Assembly (NCBI GenBank): GCA_964652055.1
Contig: CAZZAD010000002.1
Span: 1 to 46,946, forward strand
DNA length: 46,946 nt
From: an uncultured Burkholderiaceae bacterium
GTDB lineage: Bacteria > Pseudomonadota > Gammaproteobacteria > Burkholderiales > Burkholderiaceae_F
Direction: 5' to 3'
Shown: positions 8,824-18,149 of the stretch, piece by piece
Layout of the letters: each line of letters begins with the position of its first letter
How positions within the stretch are numbered: position 1 is the first letter of the stretch
Translations under genes and position numbers: made by a program
Notes under the pieces: model-generated
Databases searched by the model: none
Told to the model about the DNA's origin: nothing
Seen by the model: the letters and a program-made list of their open reading frames with translations, nothing else

Positions 8824-10102
8824 GTTTCGGTGGCGCGCAGGTGGTAGTGCGTAACGCATAGGCGCTCACTGCGCTGACGCCATGAGATACAAGCGCCGAG
8901 GCTAACGCCAACCAAGTCAATGAGATCGCGCTAGGCGCTGAAGTGCTCAGGTGTAACCAAACGACATAGCCGCCGCCAGCCAAGCTCACCGCCATCAGTT
9001 GCCCGATCAAGATGGCGCCCTCTTTGCCCGTGACCACAAGCAGGCTGGACCAAAAATCAGAGACACGAAATACCGCCGCAAGCAGCAAGGGTGCGAAAAG
9101 CGGCGTGGCCGCCATGAACTGAGGCATCCAGCGCTTCACAATTTCGTCCAGGATCCACGCTGCCGGTACAACACTGATCAGCCCTGCCGCAAGCAAGACC
9201 AACGAAATGATCCACGTCAACCCAAAGGCACCGGCCTCGCGCCCTGTCGCCCTGCGATGCGCCAACAGGGGCATCAAGCCCGAATTGAGCAGACCCTGCA
9301 CCGATTGCGCTGCAATCACGGTCAGCCACGCAAATGTATAGGCGCCAAAGCTGGCGCGCGGCAACACCTCGGCCGCAACCCAACGGTCCAGATTGAGCGA
9401 TACAAACATCACCGCACCGCCGGCCAGTAGCACCAAAGCCGCGCGCCACGGCAAGCGCGCGCCACGCCATATCCGCATTGATACCCACCATCGCCAATGT
9501 GAATCGGCACGGCCTATCGCCGCATGCGCAACCCATCCGAAAAAGCACAGTGTGCCCAGCGTCTCGGCCACGGCAACTCCACGCGCACCCCATCCCCACC
9601 ACCCCGCAAGCGCGCCCATCAGCGCAATGGCCAGACTGCGTGCCGCCATATCGCGCGCGTAACCCATCATGTTCAGGCGGCTACGGCTGTCAAAGGCGGC
9701 CACGAGAAACATTTGCTGAGCCCATCCATGCAGCACACCCAAGACCAGCTCTTCGACCGAGAGGTCAAAGACCTTCGGCTCTTGCACGACCACACTAAGC
9801 AGGACAATCGCCGCCACTGCGCTGGTCACGGCCAGGGTCTGCGCCAACAGGCGCAACCCACGGCGGGCTTGGCCTCGCGCCATGAATACAGGCAGATCAC
9901 GGCTTGCAGCCGATTGCAACCCCAAGCTGCCAACCATGCCAAACAAAGCAGAGACCAACAGCATCTTGCCCAGCGCACCGAATTGCTCAACCCCGATGAA
10001 CTGCGCGTAAACAATCAACTTGCCAAAAGACACAGCCGCAGCCAGGCCCAGTACGGGGGTATATGAAAAGAGCCTTGCGCCGCGAACAAGCGTCTTGCGC
10101 AT
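8813..10102 (-). CDS. wzx: Wzx-like polysaccharide flippase (MOP superfamily membrane protein), 429 aa
   Basis: The protein is polytopic and hydrophobic (about 12 predicted TM helices). Its N-terminus is typical of oligosaccharide flippases (FGKLIVYAQFIGVEQFGALG). The 3' end overlaps the convergent methyltransferase by 11 nt. Confidence 0.65.
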   Translation of the reverse strand: MRKTLVRGARLFSYTPVLGLAAAVSFGKLIVYAQFIGVEQFGALGKMLLVSALFGMVGSLGLQSAASRDLPVFMARGQARRGLRLLAQTLAVTSAVAAIVLLSVVVQEPKVFDLSVEELVLGVLHGWAQQMFLVAAFDSRSRLNMMGYARDMAARSLAIALMGALAGWWGWGARGVAVAETLGTLCFFGWVAHAAIGRADSHWRWWVSMRIWRGARLPWRAALVLLAGGAVMFVSLNLDRWVAAEVLPRASFGAYTFAWLTVIAAQSVQGLLNSGLMPLLAHRRATGREAGAFGLTWIISLVLLAAGLISVVPAAWILDEIVKRWMPQFMAATPLFAPLLLAAVFRVSDFWSSLLVVTGKEGAILIGQLMAVSLAGGGYVVWLHLSTSAPSAISLTWLALASALVSHGVSAVSAYALRTTTCAPPKPIS

Positions 10103-10104
10103 GC

Positions 10105-11664
10105 TCAGCGGTCACCCAACGCAAACCGCTCCCGCAGGGCATCCATCCAGCGCAACCCCGCGCGGCGCTGCACCGTCAAGTATGTTGGTGCCGGCCGTGA
10201 GGTTGCGTCCGCTTCGGCCCAATTCATCAGCCCGTCCCAGTCACGCGCTTGTATTTGCGCCACGACCTCGTCCTCGGCCTGCTCATCCTCAGCCCTGAGC
10301 GCGTCGTCAGGCTCGATTTGACCGGTCACCAACATACGTTCGATGCGCAACGGATCTGCCCCATGAGCGTAGCGATACCGGGTCGTCGATAGCGCATGGA
10401 CGAAATCAACGTACTGACTGAACCGATAAATGTGTGTGTAGCCGTAGCGCAAGGCGCGACGCACGCGTTGGGCTTGCGGCACGAGCGAGCTGCGCAGATC
10501 CACCAACTGCTCGGGCGACATCACGGTATTGACCATACCCGCGGCGCGGTACGTCGAGGGTGTAATCGATACAACCGGTTTACCCATACAACAGGCCTCG
10601 AACGCCGCGCTGCCCCCATTGACCAAGATCACATCGGCCTCTCGAATCAAATCGAGTGTTGAGGCCGCCTCGCGACTACCGATCAGCGACACACCACGCC
10701 GCCGGGCCCACTCGGTGTAATACGTTTCCGAACGCGCTCCGGTATGACGCCCGATGTACTCGCCCCAGTTGGGATGACAACGCAAAACACAATCTCCGGG
10801 CGAAGCGCCCAGCGCATCGAGCACCGCATCGAAACCTTCGCTCAACTCAGACCAACCATGAGTCCAATGCGGATGACCTTCGACCTCGTTGCGACTGCCT
10901 GGCAACAGCAGCACACGCGGCCCCTGTTTCTGACCCGAAACCCTCGGCCAAGACGCGCTGACGGCATCACGGTTGTAAGCCCGCCACTCTTTGTCATTGC
11001 GACCTAGAAAGCGCGCCGCCAACTGCCGAGCCACACGACGGGCCTGCGCCGCGCTCAGCGGCACATCACGGTACTGCGCGTTTAACCGATCGAGTTGTGA
11101 CAAATCGAGCGCATTGCCATTAATAGAAAATTGCAAGCCATCACCAAACCATGTGCGCTCAACCGTCAGGTAGCTAATGCCCTGCGCAGCGGCGGCTTCA
11201 CAGACTCCGCGTGTGGCGTCCATGCGGCCGTTGAAACACACCACAGCGTCTAGTGCTTCGCGCTCGATCCAGCGGTGCGCTGCCGCGTACGCACGCGCCA
11301 CACCCGCGGCGAGCTGCTCACGTAAAGCAAAAAAATCTGCGGTTTGCCGATCCGCTGCTGACTCGATGCGCAAGGCCGTGCATGCGCTGCTGTCCGCCCA
11401 CGCTTGCGCCTGCGCCGGCAGCACTGAACCCATTGGCAATCGGGACACGCCACCGGTATATGAGCGCAGCCCACCCGCGATGCACTTAGGGCACTCGACC
11501 CACGCACTACGGCCCTTGAGCGCCCGGGTGTAACACTGGGACAACTGGGCATCACAGGTCAGAAAGCGCGCCTCATGACCCGCCTGTTGCGCCAGCAAAG
11601 ACAGGTAATACACATGCTCGACATGTGGCCGAAAAGAATAGATTGAAACAAACCCGATGCGCAT
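10105..11664 (-). CDS. Capsule-biosynthesis (KpsS/KpsC-like) family putative glycosyltransferase, 519 aa
   Basis: GT-B-like C-terminus with an HP motif (VLRCHPNWGE) and VILVNGGSAAFEACCMGKPVVSI, the same architecture I recall for KpsS. The N-terminus carries a CxxxxxxC...CxxC cluster (CDAQLSQC...CPKC). Confidence 0.45.
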   Translation of the reverse strand: MRIGFVSIYSFRPHVEHVYYLSLLAQQAGHEARFLTCDAQLSQCYTRALKGRSAWVECPKCIAGGLRSYTGGVSRLPMGSVLPAQAQAWADSSACTALRIESAADRQTADFFALREQLAAGVARAYAAAHRWIEREALDAVVCFNGRMDATRGVCEAAAAQGISYLTVERTWFGDGLQFSINGNALDLSQLDRLNAQYRDVPLSAAQARRVARQLAARFLGRNDKEWRAYNRDAVSASWPRVSGQKQGPRVLLLPGSRNEVEGHPHWTHGWSELSEGFDAVLDALGASPGDCVLRCHPNWGEYIGRHTGARSETYYTEWARRRGVSLIGSREAASTLDLIREADVILVNGGSAAFEACCMGKPVVSITPSTYRAAGMVNTVMSPEQLVDLRSSLVPQAQRVRRALRYGYTHIYRFSQYVDFVHALSTTRYRYAHGADPLRIERMLVTGQIEPDDALRAEDEQAEDEVVAQIQARDWDGLMNWAEADATSRPAPTYLTVQRRAGLRWMDALRERFALGDR

Positions 11665-11685
11665 GCGTGGTGACTCGACAAAAAC

Positions 11686-12633
11686 CTAAGCGGCCAGCAA
11701 GCGCCGAAAGTAGGCAATCGTCTCGCGCAAACCATCCTCCAACGCCACGCGGGGCTGCCAGTCCAGTTGGGCTTTGGCTAGCGTGATGTCCGGTTGGCGT
11801 TGCTTGGGGTCATCCTCAGGCAAGGGCTTGAATATCAACTTGGAGCGCCCGCCCACTTGCTTGAGCACCTGCTCGGCCAGGGCAAGCATGGTGAACTCAA
11901 CGGGGTTGCCGATATTGACTGGACCGATGAACTCGGCCGGCGAGACCATCATGCGCATCAAGCCGTCGATCAAGTCATCGACGTAACAGAAGGAACGCGT
12001 CTGCTGTCCGGTGCCATAAATCGTGATGTCCTGCCCCTTGAGTGCCTGCACAATGAAATTGCTGACCACACGACCATCGTTCGGATGCATGCGCGGCCCA
12101 TACGTGTTGAAGATGCGCACAACTTTGATCTGCAACTGATGCTGGCGCCAATAGTCGAAAAACAGCGTTTCAGCGCAACGCTTGCCCTCGTCATAGCAAC
12201 TGCGGATTCCAATGGGATTGACACGGCCCCAATAGTCTTCCGTTTGCGGATGCACCTCAGGATCGCCATACACCTCGGAGGTCGAAGCCTGCAAGATGCG
12301 CGCGCGCAGTCGCTTGGCCAGGCCGAGCATGTTGATGGCGCCGTGCACACTGGTTTTGGTGGTTTGCACCGGGTCATATTGATAATGCACAGGGCTGGCG
12401 GGGCACGCCAGGTTGTAAATCTGGTCGGTTTCGATAAACAGCGGAACGGTCACGTCGTGGCGCATCAGTTCAAAGTGCCGATGCCCCAACAGGTGTTCCA
12501 CGTTGTGCCGTGCCCCCGTAAAAAAATTGTCAACACTAACCACCTCCCGGCCCTGCGCGAGCAGTTTCTCGCACAGGTGTGAGCCTAAAAACCCCGCACC
12601 TCCCGTCACCAATACCGAATTGCCTTCACGCAT
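11686..12633 (-). CDS. uxs: UDP-glucuronate decarboxylase (UDP-xylose synthase), 315 aa
   Basis: Contains [49 protein letters not shown] and NTYGPRM. ATG 12633 is preceded by an AGGAGG Shine-Dalgarno sequence. Confidence 0.85.
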   Translation of the reverse strand: MREGNSVLVTGGAGFLGSHLCEKLLAQGREVVSVDNFFTGARHNVEHLLGHRHFELMRHDVTVPLFIETDQIYNLACPASPVHYQYDPVQTTKTSVHGAINMLGLAKRLRARILQASTSEVYGDPEVHPQTEDYWGRVNPIGIRSCYDEGKRCAETLFFDYWRQHQLQIKVVRIFNTYGPRMHPNDGRVVSNFIVQALKGQDITIYGTGQQTRSFCYVDDLIDGLMRMMVSPAEFIGPVNIGNPVEFTMLALAEQVLKQVGGRSKLIFKPLPEDDPKQRQPDITLAKAQLDWQPRVALEDGLRETIAYFRRLLAA

Positions 12634-12722
12634 CTCACCTCCTGAACCGTTAACCGTTGAGCCCGCTGGACGTCGGGCCTCAGTGACTGGACCTCATGGG
12701 GTTCACCTCATGAAGCTCACCT

Positions 12723-13766
12723 CTAACCCACTAGATCCCAGGCCAGCGCCGTTCCCACCGCAATGTCTCGCGTTGCGTGTCGCCCGAGCACTTGGTTCAC
12801 GTGCTTGGGCGGCAAGCCCAGGCCCGGCCGTATCGCGCGCACGTTCTCAGACGTGAACACCTCCCCACGGCGCACGGCCTGCACCACATACAAAGAGCGG
12901 CGAAAGCGCAGAGAATTCATTTCGTTGGCGCTCGGTCCATAGTGCACTTGCCCCAGCGCCAAGCGAGCCAGCTCCGAGTCCTGAACCAGTTGCGTGAGCT
13001 CATGGGGCTCCAGTGAAAAAGCGCTATCGACACCACCGTCTGCGCGCGACAGGGTGACGTGCTTTTCGATCACCGTGGCGCCCAGCGCTATAGAAGCCAG
13101 TGCCGCGCCCACACCCAACGTGTGATCGGACAACCCCACCTCGCAATCGAAGGCCGCCCGCAAATGTGCAATCGTGCACAGATGACTGTCCGCAGCCGAA
13201 GCCGGATAGGCACTGGTGCACTTGAGCAACACCAAATCCCGACAGCCTGCTTCACGTGCGGTCGCCACCGCTTCAGCAATTTCTTGTAGCGAGGCCAACC
13301 CCGTCGAGATAATGAGGGGCTTACCCGTTGCAGCAACGCGCCGAATCAGCGGCAAATCGATGTTCTCGAATGAAGCAATTTTGTACAACGGCACTTGAAG
13401 CGATTCAAGAAAATCAACGGCACTCGCATCAAACGGCGTGGAAAAGGCAACCAACCCATGCGCCTTGGCGCGTTCAAAGATGGGCGCGTGCCATTGCCAC
13501 GGCGTATGCGCCTGCTGATACAGCTCGTAGAGCGCACGCCCTGCCCACAAACTCTTAGGGTCATCAATCAAAAACTCACGCTCGGCCAGATTGATTGTCA
13601 TGGTGTCGGCCGTGTAGGTCTGCAACTTGAGCGCCTGCGCTCCAGATTGCGCAATGGCATCCACGATCGCCAGAGCGCGATCCAAGGAACCATTGTGGTT
13701 GCCCGACATCTCGGCAATCACAAACGGGCGCGCACCCAACCCGATGGAGTGTTGTCCTATCTGCAT
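12723..13766 (-). CDS. pseI: Pseudaminic acid synthase (NeuB family), 347 aa
   Basis: Contains FVIAEMSGNHNGSLDRALAIVDA, KLQTYTADT, GLSDHT, IEKH and a C-terminal SAF domain. It is the last gene of the pseB-pseC-pseG/H operon. Confidence 0.85.
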   Translation of the reverse strand: MQIGQHSIGLGARPFVIAEMSGNHNGSLDRALAIVDAIAQSGAQALKLQTYTADTMTINLAEREFLIDDPKSLWAGRALYELYQQAHTPWQWHAPIFERAKAHGLVAFSTPFDASAVDFLESLQVPLYKIASFENIDLPLIRRVAATGKPLIISTGLASLQEIAEAVATAREAGCRDLVLLKCTSAYPASAADSHLCTIAHLRAAFDCEVGLSDHTLGVGAALASIALGATVIEKHVTLSRADGGVDSAFSLEPHELTQLVQDSELARLALGQVHYGPSANEMNSLRFRRSLYVVQAVRRGEVFTSENVRAIRPGLGLPPKHVNQVLGRHATRDIAVGTALAWDLVG

Positions 13767-13795
13767 CTTGAGGGCTTTCTCAGAAGTGTTCCTGT

Positions 13796-14482
13796 TTATT
13801 CAACGCGGCGACCCAATGCAAAGGCTTCGGCCGCCGCACAACCGACTGTCGCGCCACGCCAGCGTGCCATATGTTCTAACGCCTCAATGGACCGCGCATG
13901 AGGAAAGGCGCGCATCTCCGACGCGTACACGCGCAACGCGTCGAGTTTGCGCTCCAAAGTGCGGCTGATATCTACAAACACGTTGGGCGTAAAGGTCAGG
14001 GCGGAATGCGACCCTCGCCATTCGGTGCTCGAAGCGACTTCAAAGTAAAGCACCTCGCGCACGCACGAGTCCGGCAAGGGGCGGCACGCCGCCGCAATGG
14101 CGTGGTGAATCACTTGGTGATCTACGTTCACGTCGCCCACGTGGTGCGTCAGCACGCGCTGCGGCTGGCTACGCAGAAGGTGCCGCTCAATACATTTGAC
14201 GACATCCAGCAAATCCATGCTGTCGAGCCGGTTATCCGGAAAAGATTCCAGGCTCACCGATCTGGCACCAAGAATCTGGCCTGCACGCTGGGCGCACTGG
14301 CCCAGTTCGTCGAGCGCCTGGCTGATCACCGCAGCATCACGCACCGGCGCACGACTGGTCAGCCCCTCGGCCAAGATCAGGATGTCGACAGCCCACCCAT
14401 CATCGGCCATACGCGCAATCGTTCCACCACAACCGAGCACCTCGTCATCAGGGTGCGCAGCAACCACCAAGGCTGTTTTCAC
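13796..14482 (-). CDS. PIG-L/LmbE family N-acetyl-sugar deacetylase, 228 aa
   Basis: Contains VVAAHPDDEVLGCGGT and HHVGDVNVDH. GTG start 14482 overlaps the upstream stop (GTGA). Confidence 0.8.
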   Translation of the reverse strand: MKTALVVAAHPDDEVLGCGGTIARMADDGWAVDILILAEGLTSRAPVRDAAVISQALDELGQCAQRAGQILGARSVSLESFPDNRLDSMDLLDVVKCIERHLLRSQPQRVLTHHVGDVNVDHQVIHHAIAAACRPLPDSCVREVLYFEVASSTEWRGSHSALTFTPNVFVDISRTLERKLDALRVYASEMRAFPHARSIEALEHMARWRGATVGCAAAEAFALGRRVE

Positions 14483-15174
14483 GACTCGCCCTTCCCAGGT
14501 AACAGTGAAATCTTTACATCCGCCGCCACATGATCCGAGTAGCGGGCTGCACGCGTGAACTCAAAGCGCAGATTCCCGACCTCGATAAAAGCATGCGGAT
14601 AACCTTCGGCATCGAGCATTCTGATGAGATCGTGCACTTGACCGAGTGAGGCTGCGCTGCGCATATCACTTTGCTCGGGCTTGCGCCGCTCAAAACGAAC
14701 CACGTCGCCGTCTTGCGGCTGAGGCTTCAAGTCCTCGCTCACAATTTGGACCAGCATGTCTTCCATCAAAGCAGCCGCGCGCACAAAGACTTCCTCAGCA
14801 CTGCCCAGGGTCGATAGCGGGCGCTTTAAGTAGACCGGCCCAGCATCCATTTCATCGACACACCGCAATGCCGTCAGCACGGTTTGCTCGACGCCACGGA
14901 CGATCAGATTTTGCAGAGGGCTGCCCCCTCGACCAAAAGGTACGTCTGTCATGTGAAAAACGATGCACTCGTAGGATGAGTGAATTTCAGTAGGAATTTT
15001 CCAAGACCAATGCGGAAATACGACGTAGGTTGGTTGATGCCGTGCCAGCACCGCCACATCGAGTTCATCGCGCGCGCGCAGTCGCACAACGTCCAACCCA
15101 TGCACGGTGAGCAAGCGCGTTTCAAGCGCGTCGTAACGTTGATGGGGTGTGGCCAATACGATTCGACGCGACAT
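14479..15174 (-). CDS. Formyltransferase (Fmt N-terminal-domain-like), 231 aa
   Basis: Contains VVFPHWSWKIP...IVFHMTDVPFGRGGSPLQNLI, a formyl-transferase core. I chose ATG 15174 (MSRRIVLATP), 2 nt after the pseG/H stop. Confidence 0.7.
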   Translation of the reverse strand: MSRRIVLATPHQRYDALETRLLTVHGLDVVRLRARDELDVAVLARHQPTYVVFPHWSWKIPTEIHSSYECIVFHMTDVPFGRGGSPLQNLIVRGVEQTVLTALRCVDEMDAGPVYLKRPLSTLGSAEEVFVRAAALMEDMLVQIVSEDLKPQPQDGDVVRFERRKPEQSDMRSAASLGQVHDLIRMLDAEGYPHAFIEVGNLRFEFTRAARYSDHVAADVKISLLPGKGES

Positions 15175-15176
15175 AC

Positions 15177-16745
15177 CTACCCCTGGCGATCCATGCGTTG
15201 ATGTTTCTGAACGCCAGGCTCCCAACTCCACTGACCCGGGCGGGTTTGCACAAAACCCGCAGCCTCGAAAGCGCGCTCCGAGGCCAGATTGCCACAGAGC
15301 ACTTCAGCGTCCAGCCGCTGAGGCGCTGAACCGTGCTGACGAACCCAGCGCTGCGTTGCGCGCAGTGCGGCGGTGCCCAGCCCCAATCCGATGAGCGCCG
15401 GATCCAGATAAAGCGATAACAACGACGCCGGGCCTGCCGCGCTTTGCTGCGCATTTTGATGATCCAAACGCACAAACCCCACCACGACCGACCCGCAACG
15501 CAAGGCGAACAATTCGCGCTGCGCACTGGCCAACACTGCCGACCACCATTGATCATGGGTGTGACGCGCCACGGGCGAGGGGTCCCGGAAGAACTGACGC
15601 GTTCGCGCATCGTTGCGCCACGGATAAGCCACCGCAGCGTCTTGGGGCTGAGCACGGACCAATTCAATGCATTCCGCCATGAGCGCCAAAGCCACGCGCT
15701 GCGCGCCCCGACCATCCACCAAAGCAAGTGCGCGCTCGTGCAACAGATGCCGCTCGTGCGGATGATCTATCAAACGCCGCGCGGCCTGGCCAATGTCCTG
15801 AACCGTGTTCTGAGCAACGCTCGCCACCACGCCCGCGGCAGACAGTGCGCCAATCGACTGCTCTTGATTTTGCGCACACACCAACGCAAGGGTCGGCGCA
15901 CCCATACAGCAGCGCTCCCAAAGCGCACCGCCACCGGCACCGATGTGCAAATCGTGACGAGAAAAAAAATCAGCCAAATCCGGCAAGTCCAGCAGCAACT
16001 CGGTGTGCCCTGCACGCTCGCATGCGGCCTGAAGTGCGGCAACGCAAGGATGCGCCCGCGTGGCAACAATTTGTATCAGCCCGTCAAATTGAGCCTCCTG
16101 ACGGCAAGCCCGCAGCACCAGTTCGGATAGCCGCCCCGGATCCGTCCCGCCCATGAATATGCCCATACTGCGGACCTGCGGCTGAAAGTTGTATCCAGCG
16201 GCGTGCTCATACGCCGGCGCCAGCAAAGCAAAGCGCGGCCCGCACAATTGACGCTGCACCCCAGCGCCCACGCTGGCGTATTTAACGCGGTGATCGGCCG
16301 CCAAGTTGTGGTCGACCAATAAGTGAGCTTGCAACGGACGATCCGCCAGATCATCGATGACGCACACTTTCGCACCGGTGGCGGCGGCAACAGTCCGATG
16401 CCAACGCGCATCAAAGGAATAACTGTCCACGACACACCACTGCGGCTGGAAAAAGGCCACGGCATCTGTCGTCTGGCTCGCATCCAGTTCAAAAGGAACC
16501 TGGGCCCAGTGCGCATGGGCAGGCCCATCCCACACCATCGCGCCGGAGTGCACGTCGGGCGCAGGCAAGCCACTCACGTCAAACCCCTGCGCGCGGATGC
16601 GCGCGGCCGCATCCAGCCCCAGGTCTCGGGTCACAAACAACACCTCGGCACCCGCCGTCCGCAGGGCTGCGGCCAAGGCTAGGCAACGCGTCAGATGCCC
16701 CAGTCCCATCTGGACAGACGCATCCACGCGCACTGCAATCTTCAC
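15177..16745 (-). CDS. pseG: Fused PseG (UDP-2,4-diacetamido-2,4,6-trideoxy-L-altropyranose hydrolase) and PseH-like GNAT N-acetyltransferase, about 522 aa
   Basis: The N-terminal part VKIAVRVDASVQMGLGHLTRCLALA is typical of PseG. The C-terminal ~165 aa form a GNAT (YPWRNDARTRQFF...LGLGTAAL...NLASERAFEAAGF). I chose GTG 16745 from the PseG-like N-terminus. Track start 16823 is a TTG that would overlap the upstream gene by 37 nt. Confidence 0.75.
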   Translation of the reverse strand: MKIAVRVDASVQMGLGHLTRCLALAAALRTAGAEVLFVTRDLGLDAAARIRAQGFDVSGLPAPDVHSGAMVWDGPAHAHWAQVPFELDASQTTDAVAFFQPQWCVVDSYSFDARWHRTVAAATGAKVCVIDDLADRPLQAHLLVDHNLAADHRVKYASVGAGVQRQLCGPRFALLAPAYEHAAGYNFQPQVRSMGIFMGGTDPGRLSELVLRACRQEAQFDGLIQIVATRAHPCVAALQAACERAGHTELLLDLPDLADFFSRHDLHIGAGGGALWERCCMGAPTLALVCAQNQEQSIGALSAAGVVASVAQNTVQDIGQAARRLIDHPHERHLLHERALALVDGRGAQRVALALMAECIELVRAQPQDAAVAYPWRNDARTRQFFRDPSPVARHTHDQWWSAVLASAQRELFALRCGSVVVGFVRLDHQNAQQSAAGPASLLSLYLDPALIGLGLGTAALRATQRWVRQHGSAPQRLDAEVLCGNLASERAFEAAGFVQTRPGQWSWEPGVQKHQRMDRQG

Positions 16746-16786
16746 GGGGCCCAGCCTCAATTCCGACTCCAACACCAGCCTATCCT

Positions 16787-18076
16787 TCAACGCACTTTGA
16801 ACAGTGGCTCCAGTGGCGCGCAACGCAAAAGCGTATGCAAGCGTTGGCCATGCACCGCGTCTTTGAGCAACGGCAGCACCTCCCCATAGGCCGCAAGCAA
16901 GCGCTCCACCTCGAATTCACCATGGGCATAACTCATGTTGTGAGTGCCAATGGTCAGAATGCCGCGCGCGAACATTTCCTGCAAAAACAGCGTCTTGATC
17001 TGCCAGCTTGTGTAGGGCCCTGCGTCCTTGATGATGAAAAATGACCAGGTTGCATCACCGGCCACCGACACAAAGTCACCCACACCCTGCGCATCGATGT
17101 GCGCTTGTAGGCCCTGCATCAGGCGCGCGCCACGCTGTTTGAGCGTGGCGACCACGGGCTGCGTGCGCAACTTGTTCAGTGTGGCCTGGGCCGCCGCCAG
17201 TGAAAGCAGTTCCCCGCCAAAGGTGAATGAGAAAAAAACTTCTTCCATGGCCTGCATCACCTCGGCCCGCCCCGCCACTGCCGACAGGGGATAGCCATTG
17301 GCCAGGCCCTTACCAAACGTGGCCAGATCGGGCACGACACCAAAGCGCTGTTGCGCACCCCCAATTTCGTAACGAAAGCCAGTAATGGTCTCGTCAAACA
17401 CCAGCAACGCCCCATGCTTGTGTGTCAGGTCTTTTACAGACTGCAAAAAACCGGGGGCCGGCGCAGTCACGTTCATGGGCTCAAGAATGACTGCCGCAAA
17501 CTCACCGGGGTGCGCATCGAACAAGGCCTGCAATGAACTCGAATCGTTATATGCAAACGTATGCGTCAAACTTTGAACCGCTCGTGGCACGCCCCAATTA
17601 CGCGCCGTCGAACCGATATACCAATCCTGCCAACCGTGGTAGCCACACACCGCCACCCGATCGCGTCCAGTGACGGCTCGCGCCACCCGAATCGCGCCAG
17701 CCGTCGCGTCGGACCCATTTTTGCCAAAACGCACTTTCTCAGCGCACGGCACGATGTCGACGATGGCCTCAGCCACTTGCATTTCGAGCCGATGGGGCAG
17801 CGAATAGATCACGCCCACGTCCAGTTGCTGACGCACCGCCTGCGTGACTTCAGGGTCTTGGTAACCCAGGGTCACCGCCGCCAGACTCATGACAAAGTCG
17901 ATGTACTCGTTGCCGTCGGCATCCCACACATGGGCGCCGGTACCGCGTTCGATGAAGTAAGGCGACACCCCATGAGGGTATTGCGTCTTGCTCTTACTGA
18001 AAGTTTGCGATCCGAGCGGAATGGTCTTTAGCGCCCGTTCGAGCCACTGTTCGGAAATGGTGTAGCGATGATCCAT
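16787..18076 (-). CDS. Class III (HemL/glutamate-1-semialdehyde aminomutase-like) PLP aminotransferase, 429 aa
   Basis: The sequence shows GSA-aminomutase-like organisation: IPLGSQTFSKS, GAHVWDADGNEYIDF, VFDETITGFR, TFGKGLANG. Confidence 0.75.
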   Translation of the reverse strand: MDHRYTISEQWLERALKTIPLGSQTFSKSKTQYPHGVSPYFIERGTGAHVWDADGNEYIDFVMSLAAVTLGYQDPEVTQAVRQQLDVGVIYSLPHRLEMQVAEAIVDIVPCAEKVRFGKNGSDATAGAIRVARAVTGRDRVAVCGYHGWQDWYIGSTARNWGVPRAVQSLTHTFAYNDSSSLQALFDAHPGEFAAVILEPMNVTAPAPGFLQSVKDLTHKHGALLVFDETITGFRYEIGGAQQRFGVVPDLATFGKGLANGYPLSAVAGRAEVMQAMEEVFFSFTFGGELLSLAAAQATLNKLRTQPVVATLKQRGARLMQGLQAHIDAQGVGDFVSVAGDATWSFFIIKDAGPYTSWQIKTLFLQEMFARGILTIGTHNMSYAHGEFEVERLLAAYGEVLPLLKDAVHGQRLHTLLRCAPLEPLFKVR

Positions 18077-18149
18077 GGTGAACTATTACCTTCTCATTTG
18101 TGCATCCAATTCACACGCCGCACTTCACACGCTGAACTCGTGCCTGCGC

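Noticed and set aside
11794-12582. 262-aa ORF on the plus strand
   Set aside because: It is antisense to the UDP-xylose synthase gene, which is recognisable over its entire length.
12634-12722. Short direct repeats (aaccgtt x2, acctcatg x2) between the uxs start and the pseI stop; likewise ttcacacgc x2 at 18110-18132
   Set aside because: They are too short and imperfectly spaced to distinguish from chance, so I did not report them as regulatory sites.
13898-16130. Several 140-230-aa plus-strand ORFs (13898..14533, 15444..16130, 15728..16156)
   Set aside because: All are antisense to the PIG-L, formyltransferase and pseG/H genes. Their Arg/Pro/Ala-rich composition is typical of shadow ORFs.
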